A stretch of DNA of 64,000 bases from assembly GCA_964016885.1 (NCBI GenBank), contig OZ024746.1:6572001-6636000 (forward strand). Direction: 5' to 3'. This document shows positions 55,111 through 64,000 of this stretch, one piece after another. The notes under the pieces are model-generated. The model was not told where the DNA came from. It ran no database searches and was given only the letters and a program-made list of their open reading frames with translations. The DNA is from Eledone cirrhosa. Taxonomy: Eukaryota. Each line of letters opens with the position of its first letter. Position 1 is the first letter of the stretch. Made by a program: the position numbers and the translations under genes.

Positions 55111-57354
55111 ATATAGTTAAGATATAGTTAAGATATAGTTAAGATATAGCTAAGATATAGTTAAGATATAGTTAAGATATAGCTAAGATATAGTTAAGAT
55201 ATAGTTAAGATATAGTTAAGATATAGCTAAGATATAGTTAAGATATAGTTAAGATATAGTTAAGATATAGTTAAGATACAGTTAAGATATAGTTAAGATA
55301 TAGTTAAGATATAGTTAAGATATAGCTAAGATATAGTTAAGATATAGCTAAGATATAGTTAAGATATAGTTAAGATATAGCTAAGATATAGTTAAGATAT
55401 AGTTAAGATATAGCTAAGATATAGCTAAGATATAGTTAAGATATAGTTAAGATATAGTTAAGATACAGTTAAAATATAGTTAAGATATAGCTAAGATATA
55501 GTTAAGATATAGTTAAGATATAGTTAAGATATAGTTAAGATATAGCTAAGATATAGCTAAGATATAGTTAAAATATAGTTAAGATATAGTTAAGATATAG
55601 TTAAGATATAGTTAAGATATAGTTAAGATATAGCTAAGATATAGTTAAGATATAGCTAAGATATAGTTAAAATATAGTTAAGATATAGTTAAGATATAGT
55701 TAAGATATAGCTAAGATATAGCTAAGATATAGTTAAAATATAGTTAAGATATAGTTAAGATATAGTTAAGATATAGTTAAGATATAGCTAAGATATAGCT
55801 AAGATATATTTAAGATATAGTTAAGATATAGTTAAGATATAGTTAAGATATAGCTAAGATATAGCCAAGATATAGCTAAGATATAGTTAAGATATAGTTA
55901 AGATATAGTTAAGATATAGTTAAGATATAGCTAAGATATAGCTAAGATATAGTTAAGATATAGTTAAGATATAGTTAAGATATAGTTAAGATATAGCTAA
56001 GATATAGTTAAGATATAGTTAAGATATAGTTAAGATATAGCTAAGATATAGTTAAGATATAGTTAAGATATAGTTAAGATATAGTTAAGATACAGTTAAG
56101 ATATAGTTAAGATATAGTTAAGATATAGTTAAGATATAGCTAAGATATAGTTAAGATATAGCTAAGATATAGTTAAGATATGGTTAAGATATAGCTAAGA
56201 TATAGTTAAGATATAGTTAAGATATAGCTAAGATATAGCTAAGATATAGTTAAGATATAGTTAAGATATAGTTAAGATACAGTTAAAATATAGTTAAGAT
56301 ATAGCTAAGATATAGTTAAGATATAGTTAAGATATAGTTAAGATATAGTTAAGATATAGCTAAGATATAGCTAAGATATAGTTAAAATATAGTTAAGATA
56401 TAGTTAAGATATAGTTAAGATATAGTTAAGATATAGTTAAGATATAGCTAAGATATAGTTAAGATATAGCTAAGATATAGTTAAAATATAGTTAAGATAT
56501 AGTTAAGATATAGTTAAGATATAGCTAAGATATAGCTAAGATATAGTTAAAATATAGTTAAGATATAGTTAAGATATAGTTAAGATATAGTTAAGATATA
56601 GTTAAGATATAGCTAAGATATAGCTAAGATATAGTTAAGATATAGTTAAGATATAGTTAAGATATAGTTAAGATATAGCTAAGATATAGCCAAGATATAG
56701 CTAAGATATAGTTAAGATATAGTTAAGATATAGTTAAGATATAGTTAAGATATAGCTAAGATATAGCTAAGATATAGTTAAAATATAGTTAAGATATAGT
56801 TAAGATATAGTTAAGATATAGTTAAGATATAGTTAAGATATAGCTAAGATATAGTTAAGATATAGCTAAGATATAGTTAAAATATAGTTAAGATATAGTT
56901 AAGATATAGTTAAGATATAGCTAAGATATAGCTAAGATATAGTTAAAATATAGTTAAGATATAGTTAAGATATAGTTAAGATATAGTTAAGATATAGTTA
57001 AGATATAGCTAAGATATAGCTAAGATATAGTTAAGATATAGTTAAGATATAGTTAAGATATAGTTAAGATATAGCTAAGATATAGCCAAGATATAGCTAA
57101 GATATAGTTAAGATATAGTTAAGATATAGTTAAGATATAGTTAAGATATAGCTAAGATATAGCCAAGATATAGCTAAGATATAGTTAAGATATAGTTAAG
57201 ATATAGTTAAGATATAGTTAAGATATAGCCAAGATATAGCTAAGATATAGTTAAGATATAGTTAAGATATAGTTAAGATATAGTTAAGATATAGTTAAGA
57301 TATAGCTAAGATATAGCCAAGATATAGCTAAGATATAGTTAAGATATAGTTAAG
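55111..57354. repeat. 11-bp minisatellite (GATATAGTTAA)n, about 204 units, with variant units and higher-order structure
   Basis: Variants include GATATAGCTAA, GATACAGTTAA, AATATAGTTAA and GATATAGCCAA. Confidence 0.97.
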
Positions 57355-57498
57355 AATATAATAATGATTTAAATGTAATACAAGACAAGAAACGCTTTTC
57401 AGAATAACAGTGCGAGTTCAAATCATGACATTCACTACATATTGTAGAAAATAGGTGTCTCTGGGACACCAAGGCTATCTCTCTCTCTCTCTCTCTGT

Positions 57499-57545
<47 letters not shown>

Positions 57546-57592
57546 TCTCTCTCCCTCTCTCCCTCTCTCCCCCTCTCTCCCTCTCTCCCTCC

Positions 57593-57637
<45 letters not shown>

Positions 57638-57860
57638 TAGATACATTTCTTTATTTACCATAAAGGCATAAAAAGAAGGGACAAATACAAAGGGGGAGTT
57701 TACATATAATCGAGTAAAAAGGGTGTAACGTGAAAATAATCGAAAATAACCTCAAAAGGGAGGGGACGTGATGGGGGTTGCACACACCCCCGAAAAAGTG
57801 TGCAATCCTTTGCCCGGGGAGCACATGGAGAAGGTGTTCCCCTCTCCTTTACTTCTTTAC

Positions 57861-60800
57861 CTACAGGATGGTATACAGAGAAGGCCCATTTACACGAGCC
57901 ATTCTCGCCACTATCACCCACCTTTCATAAAACTGCCTGTGGCCAAGCACCTCTCTCTCCATTCTTATCCTTCTTCCGAAGTGATATCGGAAGAAGTAGA
58001 CCAGACTATGGCCAGAGAGGAAGTTGCCTGACCTCAGACCTTTCAATCGTGTCCACCAAACAACCTCTTTCAACATGGCTATTACGCACAGAAAAACCGC
58101 CTTTGCTTCCTTTGCGAAGAGGGGAGGCGGTTTGATTGTCATCACGGACTCGGCGGTCAATTTAATCGGCGCCACCCGCGACAGCAGTTGTTCGGCGTAG
58201 CCCCACAGATCAGCCACGCCCGGACATTGCACCAATGCGTGCGCTACGGTTTCTTCGTGACGCACGCATCTAGGGCAAATCTTTTTTGAGGGATCCCTGC
58301 CCGGGCGCCTGTGTCTGTAGAGCCTCTCTCGAACGGGTAGAGCCCCTCGGTAGCACTGCCAGGCCAGTGACTTCTGGAAGTTGTCCATTGGTCCTGGGCC
58401 GAAAGTCCTACCGAACAGGCTGGCCAGTTCGTCTTCTTCCATGTCCAGCGACTCTCCAAGGGTGTCATCGCCCCTGCTAGCCACCAGCCCTCTATAGAAT
58501 GATGAGGTGGATTCTCCACCGATGGCCCGGCCCGCTTGCCAGAGAGCCCTGAGCGCCTGAGCACACTCAGTGTGCCAGTCTCCCAGTTTTCCGGATCTTT
58601 GCTTGACCCAGGACTGCAGCTCGGTGAGTGAGACGAGTCTCGGAAAGGCTCGTTTCACGAACGGAGCCCACACCGGTTGACCAGTGAGGAATACCTGTAG
58701 GTGCCGTAGCCTTAATGCGTGCCTACGCATCATCAACCACGGCATCCCCAGCCCTCCTTTCGAAGGTTGTTGGCAGCAGATGGATCTTCTCACCATAGGA
58801 GGACGCTTCTTCCAAAGAAATTGGAAGAGCATGCGTTCCATGGTGGCGAGTGTTTCCTTAGGGCAAGGCACGACAGTCAGGCGGTAGTAAGTGACGGACG
58901 CTATGTAAATGTTCTCCACCTCCGCCCGGCCTTTTAGGGACAGCTTACACTTGGCCCATTTCTGGGTTAGTGCAAACACCTTGTTCGTAACCTCGTTCCA
59001 GTTCTTTTCCACCTGGAGGTCCGGTCCAAACCAGACCCCAAGCAACTTTACCGGGCCCTCCGTCCAGTGTCCGACGACACCGTCAGGAGGCATCGGTTTG
59101 CCTCTCCACGTTCCGAGTTGCAGCCCGATGGATTTTTCCCGGTTCAGTTTCGCTCCTGACAACCTTTCGTACTCCTCCAGTAAGGTACCGATCGCCTCGA
59201 TCTCCGAGTCGGTTGATACCATTACTGTTACGTCATCGGCGTAGGCCGACACCGCTTTGCTCAATCCTGGTTCCAGGGGGATACCCTGCAACAACTCCAA
59301 CTTCCTCAGTAAAGGCTCGAGAGTCAATACGTACAGAAGGGAGGAGAGAGGGCACCCCTGTCGAATGGATCGTGTGATTTCGAACGGCTTCGAAAGGTAG
59401 CCGTTCACCTTGATCCTAGAACAGATGTGGTTGCTATGTAGGGCAGTGATCCAGCCTCTGAAAACAGGACCGAACCCAGCCGCCGCTAGCACCGCATCCA
59501 GGTAACCATGGTCGACCCTATCGAAGGCCTTAGACTGATCCAAGTTGATCAGGGCCCCACCGAAGCCGGGTTTGTTGCCAACCCTCTCTATGATGTATCG
59601 CATGAGGTGGAGGTTATCGTGAATGGACCTGGATGGGATAGCACATGTCTGCGCATCTCCCACCAGGCCACCCACGACAAGCGCCAACCTCTTTGCTAAC
59701 ACCTTGTCCAAAATCTTTAACTCTGTGTTTAGCAGGGTTATGGGCCGAAAATTATTTATACTATCCCCCTTGTTCTCGTCCTTCCTCACCAGCGTGACTA
59801 CGCCCTTGGCTACAGAACAAGGAATTCTCCCGTTCTGCTGCCAATTGCAGTAGACCGCTTCGAGGAGTTCGGAGAAGAAGACCGGCATTGCTAAATAAAG
59901 TTCGTAAGGTATACCATCGAGACCTGGAGATTTGCGTCTGCTGCATTGGCTCAGCGCATCTCCGATCTCATCAGCCGAGATTGGTCCCTCGCAGGACTCT
60001 GCCTCTTTGTTCGAGAGACGCGGCAGGCCGTCGAGGTATGGACCGAAATCCACGCCCCGGCCCGGACCCTCGCCTCCCCCGAACAATCGGGCAAAGTGCT
60101 TTTGAAAGGCCTCGCACATCTGCTTAGGCTCCCGGATCACTCGTCCATCTTCGTCTTGCAACGACCGGATGGTGGATCGATTTCCACTTTTAGCTTCTGT
60201 CACGCGGGCCCATCCAACGGCTTTGGCCCCCTCATTACCTAGAGCACGTATTTTACTTCGAATGACGCAGCCTTCATGCTTTGCATCGAAAAACTGGTTC
60301 AAGGCCGTCCTCGATGCCAGCACTCTGGCCACATCTTCGCTCTTGATTGCCTCTTCTAATTTACCTGTTAATTCTTTCTCGTTTCTATTCCTATTGGCAG
60401 CTAACATCTTGCTATAACTTATTGATTCTGTTCTAATCTCTCTTTTGAGAGATGCCCACCATCGGTTGTTGACGATTGCACCCGTCAACCTCTCCTTAAC
60501 TAATCTGCTAATCCGGTTTCTGTAAGTCTCTTTTGCCGGTAAAGACAAATTAAGTTTCCAGTAACCGGGACCCTGTCTATGTGTTTTCTCGAGATTGACC
60601 ACGCAGGTCACTAATTTGTGATCCGTGTAGCCAACCGTGCGCATTTCTGGACAGCTTAATATGTCCCTATCCTTACTTCTAACTAAGAATCTATCTAAGT
60701 ACGATCTAGATTGACCACTGTGGTTTCTCCAAGTCCAGGTAGGCACAGTTGGAAAATCTAGTCGATATCTATCGACCAAGTTAAAACGGTCGAGTAACCC

Positions 60801-61298
60801 CTTGAGGCTGTTACACCCCCCTCTATTAGGACATGCTCCTGCATAGTCCCAACGTGCATCCAGGATGTCATTCCAATCCCCCGCTAGAAGCAGGGAACGC
60901 GACGTTCCCAGAAAAGTCTCCAAACGCTGGAAGAAGTCGGGCCGTTCAGCTCCGAAAGGGGAGTAGACGGCGACCAGTCTCAAGGCCGCACTTTCACTAC
61001 TGCCAACGTCTAGCACCAACAAACGACCCTCCGGGTCCGAGTGCACAACCTGTACGGCAAGACCCAGGTGTTTTTGCAGCAGCACGACAACCCCACCCCC
61101 ACCTCCAGGTTGACAGAGAGATGCATGCACCTCAAAGTCATCGAAGGTGGGGGCCAGCTGCCGCATGACGCTGATTCGAGTCTCACAGATAACCATTACA
61201 TTTATACTACATGACCTGAGGTCATTTAGAAGCTTTGCTTGCTTCCAAGTTGAGCCCAGGCCACGTGCATTCAAACATCCTACTCTTAACACATCCAT
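57861..61298 (-). CDS. LINE ORF2: APE endonuclease, reverse transcriptase and CCHC domain (1145 aa, uninterrupted)
   Basis: APE motifs CLNARGL, ICET, GDWN, SYLDRFLV, TDH. RT motifs KSPGLDG, FRPITLLN, DQSKAFDRVDH, RQGCPLS, AYADD. C-terminal CPRC....ETVAHALVQC. Confidence 0.95.
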   Translation of the reverse strand: MDVLRVGCLNARGLGSTWKQAKLLNDLRSCSINVMVICETRISVMRQLAPTFDDFEVHASLCQPGGGGGVVVLLQKHLGLAVQVVHSDPEGRLLVLDVGSSESAALRLVAVYSPFGAERPDFFQRLETFLGTSRSLLLAGDWNDILDARWDYAGACPNRGGCNSLKGLLDRFNLVDRYRLDFPTVPTWTWRNHSGQSRSYLDRFLVRSKDRDILSCPEMRTVGYTDHKLVTCVVNLEKTHRQGPGYWKLNLSLPAKETYRNRISRLVKERLTGAIVNNRWWASLKREIRTESISYSKMLAANRNRNEKELTGKLEEAIKSEDVARVLASRTALNQFFDAKHEGCVIRSKIRALGNEGAKAVGWARVTEAKSGNRSTIRSLQDEDGRVIREPKQMCEAFQKHFARLFGGGEGPGRGVDFGPYLDGLPRLSNKEAESCEGPISADEIGDALSQCSRRKSPGLDGIPYELYLAMPVFFSELLEAVYCNWQQNGRIPCSVAKGVVTLVRKDENKGDSINNFRPITLLNTELKILDKVLAKRLALVVGGLVGDAQTCAIPSRSIHDNLHLMRYIIERVGNKPGFGGALINLDQSKAFDRVDHGYLDAVLAAAGFGPVFRGWITALHSNHICSRIKVNGYLSKPFEITRSIRQGCPLSSLLYVLTLEPLLRKLELLQGIPLEPGLSKAVSAYADDVTVMVSTDSEIEAIGTLLEEYERLSGAKLNREKSIGLQLGTWRGKPMPPDGVVGHWTEGPVKLLGVWFGPDLQVEKNWNEVTNKVFALTQKWAKCKLSLKGRAEVENIYIASVTYYRLTVVPCPKETLATMERMLFQFLWKKRPPMVRRSICCQQPSKGGLGMPWLMMRRHALRLRHLQVFLTGQPVWAPFVKRAFPRLVSLTELQSWVKQRSGKLGDWHTECAQALRALWQAGRAIGGESTSSFYRGLVASRGDDTLGESLDMEEDELASLFGRTFGPGPMDNFQKSLAWQCYRGALPVRERLYRHRRPGRDPSKKICPRCVRHEETVAHALVQCPGVADLWGYAEQLLSRVAPIKLTAESVMTIKPPPLFAKEAKAVFLCVIAMLKEVVWWTRLKGLRSGNFLSGHSLVYFFRYHFGRRIRMEREVLGHRQFYERWVIVARMARVNGPSLYTIL

Positions 61299-61331
61299 GT
61301 GGGCGGCAGAGCCAAAGGAGAGTGTAGAGAC

Positions 61332-63209
61332 CTACCTTTCCGCTTCCCGGGGTTCGGGTTGCACGACTTCCATGGGGTCGGGGGTGTTGGGTGAAGGGGT
61401 GTCTTGTGGTGGTGTGGGGTCGTCGGTGTGTGGTGGGGTTGGGGTGTTTGGAGTTGTGTTGGGGAGGGGAAGGGGAGGGGGAAAGCTTTTTAGTAGGACG
61501 CGGTTTATGGGTTTGACAGAGGGTGGTCCTACGTCCTCCTTAAAATCCTTTTTTAGTTTTTGGTAGAGGTTCATTGGGATTTTTATTAGTTTTAAATGTG
61601 GGTGGTTTTCTGATGAAACAAAGTTTACACCTTCGGTTTGTACCGAAGGATTATTGTATATGAGTTCATTTAATTTATTATTGTTTCTGTTGATGTAAGT
61701 ATAGTGTAATGTCTTTTTTTCCGATGGTGTGAGTGTTTCGAAGAGGGGAGGGGCAGGTTTGGTTTTGTTTGTTGCTGGAGGGGTGTTTTCTGTTTTGTTG
61801 GATTGTGTTGCGATTTGGGTGGGGGTTGTTTGTCCTTGTGTGTTTTGCACATGTTTTCTTTTTTTCCTTTTAATCTGTCTGAAGGACTCCGTTTCTTCCT
61901 CCGAATTCGTTGGGTTATCTTCAGTGTTGGAGGGAAGAGGTATGTTTGCTGGTAATGTTTCCGTGTTGGTTTTCTTTGTGGGGGAGATGGATGTCACTAT
62001 GTTAGACTGTGTTGTGTGTTGTGTCTGCGGTGGTTGTGTTGTTTTATTGAGTGAGAGGTTGGGTGGGCCTGTATTTTGTTTTGGGGTAATGTGTTGTGAC
62101 TGTTTGTGTTGTGGTGGTGTTGTGGTGTTACTGAGGGACGGGTTGGGTGGGACTGAGTTTTGTTGTTTGTTTATCTGTTGTGGTGGTGGTGGTGGAGCTG
62201 GTGTTGGTAGCAGGGTTTTCTTTTTGTTGAGTTGGGGACAAGCGGCCTTCAGGTGCCCTCTGCCTGCACAGATATGGCAGGACGGCCTTCTCCCCTCCAC
62301 GCTAATGTTTATATACCCGTGGTCCTCTAATAGGATTCTGTCGGGTATTTGGGCGATGCGTTCAGGCTTCATTTGTACTACCAGCTCTATACCTGTTCCA
62401 CTGAACGCATTGCCTGTGGTTTTCCCAATGGAAATCACGTTGTCATTCACTGGATCGATGAAGCCAGCTATGAGCCAGCAGTAGTCCACATCTGGCATCA
62501 TTGCATCCAGCCATATGCGTTGAGTTTTTTTTCCCATATAAGATGGATAAAAGGTGAAATTTTTCGAACGAATCGGTGACAAAGCACATTTTTTTGCCGC
62601 CGATTCGTTCTTCATGATAATTGCTAGGCTTCCATACAGTCTGTCTTTTCTTATGAAAGTTGTTTCATTCAGTACTTCTGCGAGTACTGTTTTGATATCT
62701 GCTTGAGAAGGCTGTTCAGGTTTTTTTGTACTGTTGTTGATGGTCCGAAACTTGACCGTTCGGCTTTCAATGTCTTTCGTGAATTCTTGAGGCATTTTTA
62801 CCAATAAAATACCATTCTCACCTTCACTTATGTATTGTTTTGCGTCCGTGATCCTTCGTACCACATCTGAAATGTTTTCCGCTATATAAGTCAAAGATTT
62901 CTTTGTTTTCTGTGCAAATGAAATCTTGTCGTCTGCTTTGTTTTCTGATATGATGTTATTTTCAACTGTTATTTTTTTGTTTGTTGTGTCTTTGTTTGTG
63001 TTATTAGTATTGTCATGCAATTTTTCAAATTTTTTTTTTTCGTTGTTTTCGTCATTTAATTTTTTCTCCGCAGATTCGTCCGTTTTTATTTTCATTTTTC
63101 CTTCCTTCTCTATGACGTTAGTTGGGAAGGAAGGGAGGACTAAAGCGTGCGAGCTTACAACTCTTACCGCTGTCCCCCCACCACTATTTTCGTTCGCTGC
63201 GTTTAACAT
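61332..63209 (-). CDS. LINE ORF1: nucleic-acid-binding protein (625 aa)
   Basis: Zinc knuckle CHICAGRGHLKAAC preceded by ISVEGRRPS, then a P/Q/T-rich tail with the basic motif KRKKRK. Lies directly upstream of ORF2. Confidence 0.88.
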   Translation of the reverse strand: MLNAANENSGGGTAVRVVSSHALVLPSFPTNVIEKEGKMKIKTDESAEKKLNDENNEKKKFEKLHDNTNNTNKDTTNKKITVENNIISENKADDKISFAQKTKKSLTYIAENISDVVRRITDAKQYISEGENGILLVKMPQEFTKDIESRTVKFRTINNSTKKPEQPSQADIKTVLAEVLNETTFIRKDRLYGSLAIIMKNESAAKKCALSPIRSKNFTFYPSYMGKKTQRIWLDAMMPDVDYCWLIAGFIDPVNDNVISIGKTTGNAFSGTGIELVVQMKPERIAQIPDRILLEDHGYINISVEGRRPSCHICAGRGHLKAACPQLNKKKTLLPTPAPPPPPQQINKQQNSVPPNPSLSNTTTPPQHKQSQHITPKQNTGPPNLSLNKTTQPPQTQHTTQSNIVTSISPTKKTNTETLPANIPLPSNTEDNPTNSEEETESFRQIKRKKRKHVQNTQGQTTPTQIATQSNKTENTPPATNKTKPAPPLFETLTPSEKKTLHYTYINRNNNKLNELIYNNPSVQTEGVNFVSSENHPHLKLIKIPMNLYQKLKKDFKEDVGPPSVKPINRVLLKSFPPPLPLPNTTPNTPTPPHTDDPTPPQDTPSPNTPDPMEVVQPEPREAER

Positions 63210-63456
63210 TTCTGTTAGACGATTGAAATTTTTTACACAAAATTTTTTAAAACAGGTTTTTCACCTCTAGGAGGGGTAAAGATGATCTGACCCACCGCCT
63301 GACAGTTCAGACGGAGGGTCAAGCTACACAATTGTATCAAAATAAAGTTTGAACTCACAAAATTTCCTCAATAAATTTGAACAAAACTTCTGTGCGAAGT
63401 GAATGACATCCACACTGTAGAACAGACGACAGCTAGATTGATATATATATATATAT

Positions 63457-63879
63457 AGATATATTTCTTTATTAGCCACAGGGGCACAAAAGAAGGGGAC
63501 AAATACAAAGGGGGAAGTTTACATACAATAAAAACGTGTAAAATGTTATCACAGATGGAATTTAAAAGTTAGTCGATTTTCCCCAATAGAGGGAGACAGT
63601 TTATATGGGTAACACATACCCCCGAAAAAAATGTGCAACCCTCATCTCCAGGAGTACGAAGAGCTTGTACTCCTTTCCTCTCCTCCTCCTTTTCCTCAAT
63701 CTACAGGCTGATATAGAGAGAAGGCCCATTCACTCGGGCCATTCTCGCCACTTTCACCCACCTTTCATAAAACTTGCTGGGGTACAGCACCTCTCTCTCC
63801 ATCCTGATTCTTCTTCCAAAGTGGTATTTGAAAAAAAGAATCAGTTGTTGGCCGGAGAGAAAGGTGTCTGACCTCAGCC
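63457..63879 (-). mobile_element. Tx1-type LINE 3' fragment (sister family) directly upstream of the full-length copy
   Basis: Homologous to about 57640-58035 and nearly identical to 40772-41078. Confidence 0.88.
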
Positions 63880-64000
63880 ACGGGTGTGTATGATTGTGTA
63901 TAGAAGATTATATTAATAAGAGGAATTCCAACTTTGTCTGATTTACTCGTTTTATTTACAATCCTTTAAAATGTATAATGGTATTATAATGAAATAGTAT

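Larger units (their letters stand above)
57640..63432 (-). mobile_element. Full-length Tx1/L1-clade LINE, about 5.8 kb
   Basis: About 220-bp 5' UTR, ORF1, 33-bp spacer, ORF2, and about 210-bp 3' UTR with AATAAA. Both ends sit in TA/TATC repeats. Confidence 0.92.

Noticed and set aside
57455-63270. Overlapping plus-strand and alternate-frame ORFs in the LINE, such as 61729-62484
   Set aside because: They are by-products of GC-rich or low-complexity LINE coding sequence and carry no motifs.

Overview
AT-rich, microsatellite- and transposon-dense animal DNA. The tRNA-derived SINE types and repeat landscape suggest an octopod cephalopod (inference). The whole window lies inside one minus-strand gene for a contactin-like Ig/FN3 neural adhesion molecule. 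Ten GT-AG exons (55051 to 8348) splice in frame to about 601 codons: the C-half of Ig2, Ig3 to Ig6, FN3-1 and the start of FN3-2. Both ends of the gene lie outside the window. The introns contain (i) a full-length Tx1/L1-type LINE with both ORFs open, (ii) stacked R4/Dong-type LINE remnants in a (TAA)n tract, (iii) Penelope-like elements (PLEs) from at least three families, (iv) RTE fragments, SINEs and MITEs, and (v) a 2.2-kb 11-bp minisatellite. The least-annotated layer is RNA-structural: about 8 hammerhead-ribozyme motifs, most on the contactin pre-mRNA strand, and many 80-230 bp fold-back palindromes sitting in (TA)n tracts. Several palindromes are visibly built from PLE termini or half-hammerheads. 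All calls were made by eye; no searches or folding were run.
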